Part shown: one piece after another, positions 29,140 to 39,543 of the stretch | Layout of the letters: each line of letters opens with the position of its first letter | Numbering within the stretch: position 1 is the stretch's first letter | Assembly: GCA_016124755.1 (NCBI GenBank) | Contig: WGNA01000005.1 | Span: 178,684 to 242,683 of the forward strand | Length of the DNA: 64,000 nt | From: Bacteroidota bacterium | GTDB taxonomy: Bacteria > Bacteroidota > Bacteroidia > NS11-12g > UBA9320 | Direction of reading: 5' to 3' | Made by a program: the position numbers and the translations under genes | The notes under the pieces: generated by a model | Database searches by the model: none | What the model was told of the DNA's origin: nothing | The model's input: only the letters and a program-made list of their open reading frames with translations

Positions 29140-30092
29140 AAATTCTCATTATCCGTTTTAGTTCCATTGGAGATATTGTTCTCACGACCCCGGTTGTGCG
29201 GTGTCTTAAAAAACAAATTCCCGATTGCGAGATTCATTATTTTACCAAACCCGGATTCAGGTCTTTATTAAAATTCAATCCTTACATCGACCGGGTGATC
29301 ACGCTCGATGAACCGAATCTCACACATCAACTCAGAGCAGAAAAGTATGATCATATAATTGATTTGCACAACAACCTCAGAACCTGGAAATACGCTGCTC
29401 TTCTCGGCCGAAGGTTTCATCGTTTTAATAAAATCAATCTGGCAAAATGGCTTGCGGTGCAGAAGTTAGCGAACCGGCTTCCCGATATTCATGTGGTTGA
29501 CAGATATATGAATACCGTGTCTTTTCTCGGGATTAAAAACGATGAGAAAGGACTCGACTATTTCCCGGATCCGGCGACACCCGAAATTTCAGGATTACCG
29601 GAAGCGCCTTTTTTGGTAGCCGCTATCGGAGGTCAGCACGAAACCAAAAAAATGCCGGTGGCCAAATGGCGGGAATTGTTTAATGCCGTGAGTTGCCCGA
29701 TTGTTCTGATTGGCGGAAAAGAGGATACGGAGGCCGGAAATCAGATTTCCTCCGGCTTTATAAACGCCGTAAATCTTTGCGGAAAACTTAGCATTGATCA
29801 AAGTGCGCTGGTAATTAAAAAATCCCGGTTGGTAGTAACACACGATACGGGAATGATGCACATCGCCAGCGCTTTAAAAAAAACTATTCTGGCTATCTGG
29901 GGAAATACAATTCCGGAATTCGGTATGTATCCTTATTTACCCGGAGAAGGTTCCGAAAATTTTGAAGTGAAGAATCTGGGATGTCGCCCATGCAGTAAAA
30001 TTGGTTCTGATGTGTGCCCCAACGGCCACTTCCTCTGCATGAAAAATCAGAACACGAACAAGATGGCTGAATCAGTGAACCGGTTTTTTTGA
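29136..30092 (+). CDS. glycosyltransferase family 9 (LPS heptosyltransferase-like)
   Basis: The N-terminus KILIIRFSSIGDIVLTTPV is a GT9 hallmark, and THDTGMMHIASAL appears later. I propose a TTG start at 29136 embedded in the nfeD stop (TTGA overlap); the track's 29112 is also a TTG. Confidence 0.65.
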   Translation: MKILIIRFSSIGDIVLTTPVVRCLKKQIPDCEIHYFTKPGFRSLLKFNPYIDRVITLDEPNLTHQLRAEKYDHIIDLHNNLRTWKYAALLGRRFHRFNKINLAKWLAVQKLANRLPDIHVVDRYMNTVSFLGIKNDEKGLDYFPDPATPEISGLPEAPFLVAAIGGQHETKKMPVAKWRELFNAVSCPIVLIGGKEDTEAGNQISSGFINAVNLCGKLSIDQSALVIKKSRLVVTHDTGMMHIASALKKTILAIWGNTIPEFGMYPYLPGEGSENFEVKNLGCRPCSKIGSDVCPNGHFLCMKNQNTNKMAESVNRFF

Positions 30093-31151
30093 AGGGAAAA
30101 GATACGAAAGGATAATGCTCACGAAGAGAATGCCTGCGACAATCATCAATGAAATTTTATTGTTGATTCCCAACACATCTTCAAACCAGTGATGCATCAG
30201 CATTTTTAGTCCGATGTAAATCAGAAGCACTCCCAATCCGATTTTCAGGAATCGGAAAAGATGCATAACATTAGAAAGCAAAAAGAACATCGATCTCAAA
30301 CCCATTATGGCAAAAATGTTTGAGAAGAAAACGATGTACGGATCTTTGGTAACCACGAAGATGGCCGGTACCGAATCCACGGCAAAAATGAGGTCTGAAA
30401 ATTCAATTACGATCAGCACAATAAAGAGCGGAGTAACCCAGAGTCGCATATCCTTCTTTACAAAAAACCGCTCGCCAATGTATCTGGGGAAAACCGGAAA
30501 AACATTGCCTACCAGTTTCACCACCGGGTGATTTTTTTCATCAATTTTTTCCTCTTTGTCGCCTCTGATAAGGATTCGGCCGCCGCTGTAAATAAGAAAT
30601 GCCCCGAATACATACAGCACCCAACTAAATTGTTGAATAATGGCAGAACCGGCGAAAATGAAAACAAAGCGCATCACTAAAGCACCGAGAACTCCCCAAA
30701 ACAAAACGCGTTTGAAATATCGCTCCCGAACACCAAAGGTTTGAAAAATCAGGAGCATCACGAAGATGTTGTCGACACTAAGGGCATACTCAATAAAGTA
30801 TCCGGTGAGATATTCGAGTGACAGGTTTGTGCGATAAACCTTGAGCGCTTCCTCGAATGAAAGCCCGTCGATATTGATTTTGTGCTGAAAGTGTTTAACG
30901 AGGTATTTCAGATCATCCAGATCTCTTGGGCCGTGAAGTATCTGTCCCCGGTTGAGAATTAAAAAATAAAAACCGATACCACAAATAACCCAGATGGTCG
31001 ACCAGATGAGAGCTTCCTTGAAACCAACTACTTTGTTCTCTTTTGAAAAAATACCCAAATCGAGCATCAGCACAAAGAGGATGAAGACAATAAAAACGGA
31101 AAAGAAAATGAGTTCGCTGGATCTGATCGTCAGCAAGAGGTTTCCTGTCAT
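30072..31151 (-). CDS. TerC-family integral membrane protein
   Basis: The TerC signatures EYALSVDNIFVMLLIF and FAVDSVPAIFVVTKDPYIVFFSNIFAIMGLR are present. Confidence 0.8.
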   Translation of the reverse strand: MTGNLLLTIRSSELIFFSVFIVFILFVLMLDLGIFSKENKVVGFKEALIWSTIWVICGIGFYFLILNRGQILHGPRDLDDLKYLVKHFQHKINIDGLSFEEALKVYRTNLSLEYLTGYFIEYALSVDNIFVMLLIFQTFGVRERYFKRVLFWGVLGALVMRFVFIFAGSAIIQQFSWVLYVFGAFLIYSGGRILIRGDKEEKIDEKNHPVVKLVGNVFPVFPRYIGERFFVKKDMRLWVTPLFIVLIVIEFSDLIFAVDSVPAIFVVTKDPYIVFFSNIFAIMGLRSMFFLLSNVMHLFRFLKIGLGVLLIYIGLKMLMHHWFEDVLGINNKISLMIVAGILFVSIILSYLFPSKKPVH

Positions 31152-31255
31152 CGTAAATCGGCGGCAAAATTAACCATTATTACCTCTGAGGGTGAATGAG
31201 TATTCTTAGATGACTCCATACAATAGATTTAATTTTGGAGCCGTATAATGGTCAC

Positions 31256-32350
31256 ATGAACAGAATTACAGCACTCTTACTAATACTACTTCCGGCACTG
31301 GCTTTCCCGCAGGCAACCCGCCGTACTCCGTTTGAAAAGCTCGAGAAAAAAAATGATCTCTATTACTTAGATGGAAAGCTCTTTACCGGAATCAGTTTGT
31401 TGCTTTATCCCGAATACGCTAAAGCCAAAACTAAAAAATGGCAGGAGATCGAATGGACAAACGGAAAGATTAACGGCTACTTCAGAACTTGGAATAAAAA
31501 CGGACTGATGATTCAGGAAGTTTATTACAGCAATGGTGTTCGACACGGTTCCTATAAAGGATGGTACGACAACGGTAAACCGGCCGTAACTACTACCTAC
31601 AAAAACGGAGAAAAAGACGGACTATTCAAAGAGTTTTATGAAAACGGACTGAGAAAAAAAGAGGCAAATTATGTTGCGGGAAAGGAAGAAGGAAAAGTTA
31701 CGATCTGGTTTGAAACCGGATCGGTTGAACAGGTTGCAGATTATAAAAACGGACTTCCCGACGGAAAGGTAATTTATTACACCACTACCGGAAATGTGCG
31801 CAAAGAAATTTCCTATAAAGCCGGACTTCGGCATGGGAAAACAATTGTGTATCACATCAACGGAGTGATCGGCGAAGAAGCAGAATACAAAAACGGTTAT
31901 CTCGACGGTATAAAAACGGTTTACGATCAGGCACAAAAACCTTTGGAAACCGAATCATACAAAAACGGAAAGCTTGATGGTCCGAGCATAAAGTACGATT
32001 TCAACGGGTTGAAACTCGAAGAGACAAATTACAAAGAGGGTTTAAAAAACGGAACCTATACCAAGTGGTCGGGGTTGATAATCGATACCAAAGGTGAGTA
32101 TGAAAATGATCTTCGTCAAGGGCCCTGGATTGAAGATGCAACAAATGAAGATTCGAAATCGTACGGCAATTATGTCGACGACAAAAAACACGGACATTGG
32201 GTGATCGGTAAAAGCCGTTTATTCGGTAAACAGGAAGGAGATTTTTACAAAGGATTAAAAGACGGAACCTGGACAGTTTACAATCACGATGGCAAAAAAA
32301 TACGCACCGAAAAATGGGATAAAGGCACACTTCTCAGTGTTTCAGAATAA
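31256..32350 (+). CDS. secreted MORN-variant (YwqK-like) repeat protein
   Basis: Start moved to the ATG that gives signal peptide MNRITALLLILLPALAFPQ. About 12 tandem repeats of ~23 aa follow the pattern YKNG.K.G....(W/Y).NG. Confidence 0.65.
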   Translation: MNRITALLLILLPALAFPQATRRTPFEKLEKKNDLYYLDGKLFTGISLLLYPEYAKAKTKKWQEIEWTNGKINGYFRTWNKNGLMIQEVYYSNGVRHGSYKGWYDNGKPAVTTTYKNGEKDGLFKEFYENGLRKKEANYVAGKEEGKVTIWFETGSVEQVADYKNGLPDGKVIYYTTTGNVRKEISYKAGLRHGKTIVYHINGVIGEEAEYKNGYLDGIKTVYDQAQKPLETESYKNGKLDGPSIKYDFNGLKLEETNYKEGLKNGTYTKWSGLIIDTKGEYENDLRQGPWIEDATNEDSKSYGNYVDDKKHGHWVIGKSRLFGKQEGDFYKGLKDGTWTVYNHDGKKIRTEKWDKGTLLSVSE

Positions 32351-32417
32351 GCCTTAATGCAGTTTGCAAATACAATTGCGTACTGCTACTTTTGGGGCTC
32401 ATTATTTTGAATATCAG

Positions 32418-32807
32418 ATGAAAAAAATAGTACTTACCTTATTTGTTGCGCTCTTTGTTTCCGGCTCCTTTATGTCTTGTAAAGATGATGGCGAAACCTC
32501 AACCACCAACACCAGCACAGGCAAATTAACGGATAGTGACAAAAAGAAACTTTACGATAAAGTTTGGTATTCTACCAGTTCTTCCGGTGGTATCGAACAC
32601 GAATTCTTAAGTGACAATACCCTCCGACTTTCCTTGTCTTTAGAGGGAAGATGGTACTGGCAAAACAACGGTGACACTATGAACATCTCGGACCCAAGCG
32701 GTTCTAAATACAAATACCTGTTCACCAGCATTACCGATCACAACATTTCATTTAAGAACAGTGTCGATAACTACGCCGGCACCTATACGTACAAAGACTC
32801 AAAGTAA
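32418..32807 (+). CDS. small hypothetical lipoprotein
   Basis: An internal ATG gives MKKIVLTLFVALFVSGSFMSC, with a lipobox before the Cys. Confidence 0.5.
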   Translation: MKKIVLTLFVALFVSGSFMSCKDDGETSTTNTSTGKLTDSDKKKLYDKVWYSTSSSGGIEHEFLSDNTLRLSLSLEGRWYWQNNGDTMNISDPSGSKYKYLFTSITDHNISFKNSVDNYAGTYTYKDSK

Positions 32808-32909
32808 AAATCTCAACTGCCAGAATAACCGCTTCCGGCTCTGGCATAATTTTGCACCGACAGCCGAAAACGGTTCCCATTGCAGGGTGACCGTATATCT
32901 TCTTTAATT

Positions 32910-35900
32910 ATGCTTAATAAAATCGTAAAGGGAATCTCCGGAATATTTGGGAACAAGGCAGAACGCGACATGAAAGAGTTGCAGCCTTATGTTGGTAAAA
33001 TCAACGAACATTTCAATTTATACCGGAACCTTTCTCATGATAAGTTACGGGGTAAGACCACCGAATTTATAAGTCGCATTGATCAACATCTCAAAACCAT
33101 TGATGACAAGATTGCCGAACTGCGCTTTCAGATCAAAAATGCCAATTCAGAATTAATCGAAGAAAGAGAGGGTTGGTACAAGGAAATTGATGATCTCGAA
33201 GAAAACCGGAACGAGGAGTTAGAGAAAATACTGCTCGAAATTCTACCGGAGGCCTTTGCAGTTGTGAAAGAAACCGCACGACGATTTACTGAGAATGATG
33301 AGATTTCGGTTGAAGCCACCCAATTCGACCGTGATCTGGCTGCCAACAGAGAACACATTTCTATTCTCGGTTCTTCTGCCATTTATAAAACTTCGTGGCA
33401 GGCCGCCGGTGCAACGGTAAACTGGAACATGGTGCATTACGATGTTCAGTTGATCGGTGGTGTTGTTTTGCATTCCGGAAAAATTGCCGAGATGGCAACG
33501 GGTGAAGGAAAAACTCTGGTTTCTACACTGCCCGCCTATCTCAACGCTTTGGGCAAAAGAGGAGTTCACGTTGTAACGGTCAACGACTATTTGGCCCGAC
33601 GTGACTGCGAATGGAACGCTCCGATTTTTCAGTTTCACGGTTTGTCGGTTGATTGTATCGACTATTATCGTCCGAACAGTGAAGAGCGAAGAAAAGCATA
33701 TCAGGCAGATATCACCTATGGAACTAACAACGAGTTTGGTTTCGACTATCTGAGAGACAACATGGCACATTCGCCTGACGATCTGGTTCAGCGAAAACAC
33801 CATTATGCAATGATCGATGAGGTTGACTCGGTTTTAATTGATGATGCCCGTACTCCGTTAATTATTTCCGGTCCCATTCCGCGTGGCGATCAACACGAAT
33901 TTGCTGAACTCAAACCACGGATAAACAAAATAGTGGAAGCGCAGAAGCGATATCTTTCCACTGCTCTTACCGATGCCAAAAAACTCATTGCCGAAGGAAA
34001 AGACAAGGAAGGCGGGCTATTGTTGTTCAGGGCATATCGCGGTTTACCAAAGTCGAAACCCCTCATTAAATATCTCGGTGAACAGGGAATTAAAGCCCTG
34101 ATGCTAAAAACAGAAAACTACTATCTGCAAGACCAGCAAAAAGAAATGCATAAGGTTGATGCGGAACTGTATTTCACAATCGATGAAAAAAACAATCAGG
34201 TTGAATTAACCGATAAAGGAATTGAATTAATCACCGCTTCCGGGGAAGACAAGAATTTCTTTATTATTCCGGATGTCGGAGCTGCAGTTGCCGACCTCGA
34301 AAAAGCCGGACTTTCAGCCGAAGAATACCGAAGGAGACGCGACGAAGTGATGCGGGATTTTTCTGTAAAGTCTGAACGGATTCACTCGGTTAACCAGTTA
34401 CTGAAAGCGTATACTCTTTTTGAAAGAGATGTTGAATACATCGTTCAGGACAACAAGGTAAAAATTGTTGATGAACAAACCGGTCGTGTGATGGACGGTC
34501 GGCGATACAGTGATGGCTTGCATCAGGCGATTGAAGCCAAGGAAAATGTAAAAGTGGAAGCTGCCACTCAAACCTTCGCCACCATTACTCTCCAGAATTA
34601 TTTCCGTATGTATCACAAGCTGTCCGGTATGACCGGAACAGCGGAAACGGAAGCCGGTGAATTCTGGGAAATCTACGAACTCGATGTAACCGTAATTCCA
34701 ACCAATAAACCGATTGTTCGCGACGACCGCGAAGATCTCGTTTACAAAACAAAGCGCGAGAAGTATAACGCCGTTATCGAAACCATTCTCGAACTTCAGG
34801 AAGCCGGAAGACCTGTGCTCGTGGGTACTACATCTGTGGAAGTTTCTGAAACACTGAGCCGGATGCTCAACCTCAGAAAAATCAAACACAACGTACTGAA
34901 CGCAAAGCAACACCAACGGGAAGCCGAAATTGTTGCCGAAGCAGGTTTAACCGGTGCGGTTACCATTGCGACAAACATGGCTGGTCGGGGAACGGATATC
35001 AAACTTTCTCCGGATGTAATTAAATCCGGTGGTCTGGCGATTCTCGGTACAGAAAGACACGAATCCCGCCGGGTGGATCGCCAGTTACGCGGTCGTGCCG
35101 GTCGTCAGGGAGATCCGGGTTCTTCGCAATTCTTTGTTTCCATGGAAGACGACCTGATGCGGTTGTTCAACTCTGATCGGGTTGTGCGCATTATGGATAG
35201 AATCGGGTACGACGAAGGTGAAGTCATTCAACATTCGATGATCACTAAAACCATCGAGCGATCGCAAAAGAAAGTTGAGCAAAACAACTTTGGTATTCGA
35301 AAGAGACTGTTGGAATACGACGACGTAATGAACAAACAACGGGTAGTTGTTTACGGTCGCCGACGACATGCTTTGCACGGAGAAAGACTTTCGGTTGATA
35401 TCAACAATGCACTTTACGATTGGTGCGAAGCCAAGGTAGTCGAGTACCAGGACATTTCGGATTTTGAAGGTTTCAAAATGGAATGTTTACGCCACATGGC
35501 GTATGAACCGGAATTTACCGAAGAACAATTCCTCGATGGAAAAGCGGATGTTGTGCAGATGATGTTCGATGAGTTAAAAGTGCATTATCGCGAGAAAAAT
35601 AAATTCATCCGGGATCAGGCACTTCCGGTTTTAGAGAATATTCAACGCGACCGTGGCGACAGAATCGAAAACATTCTGATTCCTTTTACCGACGGACAGA
35701 AGTTGGTGAACGCTCCGGTAAATCTTGCTCTTTCATTAGAAAATAATGGTGAGGCAATTATTGATGCATTCGAACGTCTGATAACTCTTGCCGTAATTGA
35801 TGAAAACTGGAAGGAACATCTTCGCGAACTCGACGATCTGAAGCAGGCTGCCAACAATGCCTCATTAGAACAAAAAGATCCGCTTCTCATTTATAAACTC

Positions 35901-36200
35901 GAATCGTTCAACCTGTTTAAAGACATGGTTGAAAAGATGAATGCGGAAATTCTTGCCTTACTGTTCAGAAGCTATATCCAGAATCAGGATCCGTCTCAGG
36001 TTCGGGAAGCAAGACAGGTTCAACGCCAAGAACCCAGAATGACTGCCGGCAGAACAGATGTTGGTGGTGGTGCAGCACCCGCTCCGGTTGAACGCGAAAG
36101 AGTTCAGCCTGTTCGTACCGAGAAAAAAGTAGGACGTAATGATCTTTGTCCGTGCGGGAGTGGAAAAAAATATAAGAAGTGTCACGGTGCCAATGAATAA
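32910..36200 (+). CDS. secA: preprotein translocase ATPase SecA
   Basis: DEAD-motor motifs are present, including the Walker A segment [34 protein letters not shown] and [12 protein letters not shown]. The C-terminal zinc finger is [14 protein letters not shown]. Start taken at MLNKIVKG. Confidence 0.97.
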   Translation: MLNKIVKGISGIFGNKAERDMKELQPYVGKINEHFNLYRNLSHDKLRGKTTEFISRIDQHLKTIDDKIAELRFQIKNANSELIEEREGWYKEIDDLEENRNEELEKILLEILPEAFAVVKETARRFTENDEISVEATQFDRDLAANREHISILGSSAIYKTSWQAAGATVNWNMVHYDVQLIGGVVLHSGKIAEMATGEGKTLVSTLPAYLNALGKRGVHVVTVNDYLARRDCEWNAPIFQFHGLSVDCIDYYRPNSEERRKAYQADITYGTNNEFGFDYLRDNMAHSPDDLVQRKHHYAMIDEVDSVLIDDARTPLIISGPIPRGDQHEFAELKPRINKIVEAQKRYLSTALTDAKKLIAEGKDKEGGLLLFRAYRGLPKSKPLIKYLGEQGIKALMLKTENYYLQDQQKEMHKVDAELYFTIDEKNNQVELTDKGIELITASGEDKNFFIIPDVGAAVADLEKAGLSAEEYRRRRDEVMRDFSVKSERIHSVNQLLKAYTLFERDVEYIVQDNKVKIVDEQTGRVMDGRRYSDGLHQAIEAKENVKVEAATQTFATITLQNYFRMYHKLSGMTGTAETEAGEFWEIYELDVTVIPTNKPIVRDDREDLVYKTKREKYNAVIETILELQEAGRPVLVGTTSVEVSETLSRMLNLRKIKHNVLNAKQHQREAEIVAEAGLTGAVTIATNMAGRGTDIKLSPDVIKSGGLAILGTERHESRRVDRQLRGRAGRQGDPGSSQFFVSMEDDLMRLFNSDRVVRIMDRIGYDEGEVIQHSMITKTIERSQKKVEQNNFGIRKRLLEYDDVMNKQRVVVYGRRRHALHGERLSVDINNALYDWCEAKVVEYQDISDFEGFKMECLRHMAYEPEFTEEQFLDGKADVVQMMFDELKVHYREKNKFIRDQALPVLENIQRDRGDRIENILIPFTDGQKLVNAPVNLALSLENNGEAIIDAFERLITLAVIDENWKEHLRELDDLKQAANNASLEQKDPLLIYKLESFNLFKDMVEKMNAEILALLFRSYIQNQDPSQVREARQVQRQEPRMTAGRTDVGGGAAPAPVERERVQPVRTEKKVGRNDLCPCGSGKKYKKCHGANE

Positions 36201-36209
36201 ATTCGAAGT

Positions 36210-36602
36210 ATGCGTATTCTGATTCTTTCGTACTTGGTTTTGCTGTCTGCTATCACCGCATTAGCACAGGGGAAAGTCGAAATTTCCGGTGCCGATAAGC
36301 TGGAAGAAAAAATCAAACAGAAGGTTGAAGAAACAGATACAACGCAGATTTCGGGTTATCGCATTCAGATTTATTTCGGACACAACCGAAACGAAGCATT
36401 AGCGGTTGAGTCAAAATTCAAATCCTATTTTTCTGAATGGAGTTCCGAATGTTATGTGGTTTACTACGAGCCGAACTGGCGGGTGAGAGTTGGGAATTAT
36501 TATTCTAAAATCGACGCCCAACCTATGATGAAGGAACTGCAAAAAGAGTTTGACAATGTCTTTTTGATCCGGGATAAAATTACGCTTCCTGTTTTGCGGT
36601 AA
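36210..36602 (+). CDS. small secreted SPOR-domain protein
   Basis: Signal peptide is present. The sequence GYRIQIYFGHNRNEALAVESKFK...YEPNWRVRVGNYYSKIDAQPMMKELQKEF reads as a SPOR fold. Confidence 0.6.
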   Translation: MRILILSYLVLLSAITALAQGKVEISGADKLEEKIKQKVEETDTTQISGYRIQIYFGHNRNEALAVESKFKSYFSEWSSECYVVYYEPNWRVRVGNYYSKIDAQPMMKELQKEFDNVFLIRDKITLPVLR

Positions 36603-36619
36603 ATCCAATATGTGTTCAA

Positions 36620-37093
36620 ATGGGTTTATGGAAGCTAATCAGTACTATTAATTCAAAATGTGATGATTCGGGCAGTCTGATCCTTTCTGGTTTCTTCATC
36701 TTTATTCCCGGAATGTACATCTTGCTTTTATTTCTGCGTGAACGTAAAAATGAGATACCCCCTTACATGTACAAATACAGACAATTACTGTTAAACCAGA
36801 ATTTAAGTATGGTCATGTTTTTAATAGGGGTCACATTACTTGGCTGGATATTAATTTTCTATGGCCTCGCCGATAAATCACTCTTTATGCGGATTGAGAA
36901 TAAACTGATTAAGCTTGATTTATTGCCTTTCAGACGATTGTTAGGAGTTACAAATTCTTTCTTCGTTTTAACTTGTTTTATGTGGGTTGTAATCGTGTTC
37001 CTGGTTGCTGTTTTTCATAAACTCAATTTTATTGTTTATAGGAGTTCCTGTCTCGGGCTTGACCTAGATGGTGATTTTCACAAGAATTGTTAA
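36620..37093 (+). CDS. hypothetical small membrane protein (AT-rich)
   Basis: Four hydrophobic segments are predicted and I see no motif. GC is low. It could be non-coding. Confidence 0.3.
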   Translation: MGLWKLISTINSKCDDSGSLILSGFFIFIPGMYILLLFLRERKNEIPPYMYKYRQLLLNQNLSMVMFLIGVTLLGWILIFYGLADKSLFMRIENKLIKLDLLPFRRLLGVTNSFFVLTCFMWVVIVFLVAVFHKLNFIVYRSSCLGLDLDGDFHKNC

Positions 37094-37181
37094 TACGGGA
37101 ACCAATTTTTGATAAATAATGAATGTGTCTGCGGAGCACTGAAACACCGCTTCTGCCAAACCTGTGTTATGTGCAGTTTAA

Positions 37182-37643
37182 CTATCCATTTTTCTGTTTC
37201 ATATAGTTTAGCAAGTCAAGGATGTGTTGTTGGGTATGACCGTAGAAAGTGAGTTGAAAACACCAAAGTCCGTCTGCCATACTGTTTGTTTCAACTCGCC
37301 ATTTTATTTCTAACAGGTCAATTATAATGTCTGTAAGATCATCAATAGCGTCACCAATGCCATGACCTGCTTTATTGTCAAGGTCAGTATAGTCTATTAC
37401 TGTTTTGTAGAGCCCAAAGTCTGGGAAATTGCTTTCTACATTTGGTCTGATTTCAGGCAGTTTTTGTTTGTCAAAGTCAGCGAAGTCCGTTTCATCAAAA
37501 GTGTATTCAATATCAAAGTATAAATTATAGATCTTCACAAGAGATTTTTCCAACAATTTATTTCTTTCGTCTTTGTCTGTTGTCAAGTTGGGTTGAAGTC
37601 CATACTTAACTATTTCGTTTATTGTCGGAATAAGTCCTGTCAT
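37182..37643 (-). CDS. hypothetical acidic cytoplasmic protein (AT-rich)
   Basis: Length is 153 aa and it is very D/E-rich (DFADFD, DAIDDLTDIIIDLLE). It has no signal peptide. Composition resembles an immunity/chaperone-like protein, but no family is recognised. Confidence 0.4.
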   Translation of the reverse strand: MTGLIPTINEIVKYGLQPNLTTDKDERNKLLEKSLVKIYNLYFDIEYTFDETDFADFDKQKLPEIRPNVESNFPDFGLYKTVIDYTDLDNKAGHGIGDAIDDLTDIIIDLLEIKWRVETNSMADGLWCFQLTFYGHTQQHILDLLNYMKQKNG

Positions 37644-37742
37644 TTAGGTGTATTATAATTTCTAATTTAATTCAAATTTGAAATGACTGGTTACGAAACG
37701 CTTTAAAAGTAGCTATCAAACTCAAAACATTAATTCTCCGTT

Positions 37743-38234
37743 TCACTGGTTTCTCGAAACCCCGCCATATACGGGTTGAAAAACATAATTTTCACAATTG
37801 CATTTCCGGGTAATCTTATAGGTTAATCTTACCCTGCCCTCCGCCTCAACATGTTCTTCGTCCGGCGAACAAATAAATTCTCGTAACGGATATATTGTAT
37901 CTCTACTGATTCTGATATTCCCAAACAGATTGGAACAACCAAAATTCTGATCCACCCAAAAATACACCTCAAAATAATCCTTAAAAATTCGGATTGACGG
38001 TGTTAATTCCGGTGTATCAAGAGCCTGTTGATATTCCTCTAAAGTTCTAAATCTTGGTTGAACGCTAAAGTTCATCAGGTTCGGATTTCTATTAGAAATG
38101 AAACTATCCGGCCAGATCTTCGTGTTCAGATTTGCCTTTGATTTTGATGCTACATACCTATCATTCGAAGTTGTACAACCGAACATGAATACGATCAACA
38201 TCAAGACAATGAACCACAAGGTGATCGGTTTCAT
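37743..38234 (-). CDS. hypothetical lipoprotein (AT-rich)
   Basis: An internal ATG gives MKPITLWFIVLMLIVFMFGC, with a lipobox. Confidence 0.45.
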   Translation of the reverse strand: MKPITLWFIVLMLIVFMFGCTTSNDRYVASKSKANLNTKIWPDSFISNRNPNLMNFSVQPRFRTLEEYQQALDTPELTPSIRIFKDYFEVYFWVDQNFGCSNLFGNIRISRDTIYPLREFICSPDEEHVEAEGRVRLTYKITRKCNCENYVFQPVYGGVSRNQ

Positions 38235-38259
38235 TGAAGTCAAAAGCATATTTTGAAAA

Positions 38260-39516
38260 TCACTTATTCAACAACAACCTCAGGTAAAATCTGGGATCCC
38301 TGAATTTTTTCCGAAGATCAACACTTTCGAACATCGCTGTTAATGTGTCGCGGAACTCTTTGCTTTTTCGCCCTTTGTTTACCACAAAATTGAAGAGCGA
38401 TGGATAGTTCACCATCTTCTGCAACTGGTGACTCATTCTAAATTCGGGTCCGAGATATTTATAAACCCGTTTATCGTATTCCTTCAAAAAGTCCGCATCA
38501 AAACGGTTTTCCTGTAAAGCCAGTTCGCAAACTTCTCCGGCAAATCGTCCGCTGATCATGCCATTGCCAATTCCTTCACCGGTAAACGGATCGATCAGCG
38601 ATGCTGCATCTCCGGTAATGATAAAGCGGTCGGAAGAAATATTTCGCTTCTTCGATCCCATCGGCAATCCCCAACCTCTTGGTGATTCCAACGGTTTGGC
38701 ATTTTTAAATCGATTGCTGATTTCCGGATGGTGCTCAATAATTTTTTTGAGTTCTTCTTTCAGATTAACCTTCTTCTTCGAAACACTATCGCTCAGCATT
38801 CCGATTCCCACATTCGCCCGGTTGTTCGTCATCGGGAAAATCCAGAAATATCCCGGAAGAATATCTTTAATAAAATGCAGTTCGATAAATCCATCGGCAT
38901 CTAATCCTTCAACACCTTCGTAATACTGCCGCAACCCCGCACTGTGATGGAGCGGTTCCATTTTAATATCGAGCAACCTTGCCAGTTTTGAATGGGCTCC
39001 GGTCGCATCAATTAAGATGGATGCGGTTGTGGATTCTCCGTTGCTGAACAGAATATTCACGGAATCCTTTTCAAAATCAACCTGGTTTGCTTCAATGCTG
39101 GTAACCACATCTGCAGTTCCCGCTTTGGCTTTTGAAAAAAGAAAATTATCGAAGTCGGCCCGGCTGGCAATAAAACCCGGAGCTCTGCCATCAGTCGACC
39201 GATCGGTTTTAAACGGAACTTCTAAATTTTTCCCGTTCGGAGCGTAAAAGGAAATTCCCCAACTCGGATGAAAAGCTTCTTTAAGTTGAACCATTTCATC
39301 AACCAATCCGGGAGCTACGCGGTTTAATGTATAAACCACTTTTCCGCTGAGGGCATCACCACAAATTTTATCTCTGGGAAATTCGCATTTGTCAATCAGC
39401 AGATGTCGAATCCCTTTCTGTGACAGATACAAGGAAGCCGTGGAACCGGAAGGACCCGCACCGAGAATTACAACATCGTAGCGACTATTAATCAAGGTCT
39501 GGAATTGAAGCGGCAA
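38260..39516 (-). CDS. geranylgeranyl reductase family FAD-dependent oxidoreductase
   Basis: It has the Rossmann motif YDVVILGAGPSGSTASLYL, then KICGDALSG, and the length (418 aa) is typical of the GGR family. Confidence 0.7.
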   Translation of the reverse strand: MPLQFQTLINSRYDVVILGAGPSGSTASLYLSQKGIRHLLIDKCEFPRDKICGDALSGKVVYTLNRVAPGLVDEMVQLKEAFHPSWGISFYAPNGKNLEVPFKTDRSTDGRAPGFIASRADFDNFLFSKAKAGTADVVTSIEANQVDFEKDSVNILFSNGESTTASILIDATGAHSKLARLLDIKMEPLHHSAGLRQYYEGVEGLDADGFIELHFIKDILPGYFWIFPMTNNRANVGIGMLSDSVSKKKVNLKEELKKIIEHHPEISNRFKNAKPLESPRGWGLPMGSKKRNISSDRFIITGDAASLIDPFTGEGIGNGMISGRFAGEVCELALQENRFDADFLKEYDKRVYKYLGPEFRMSHQLQKMVNYPSLFNFVVNKGRKSKEFRDTLTAMFESVDLRKKFRDPRFYLRLLLNK

Positions 39517-39543
39517 AATTGCCCAATTCCGTTAAGAATTCAC

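Noticed and set aside
31152-31255. Possible yybP-ykoY (Mn2+) riboswitch in the terC leader
   Set aside because: TerC genes often carry this riboswitch, but the 104-nt leader shows none of the conserved G-rich loop sequences I recall for the family and is too short. Not called.
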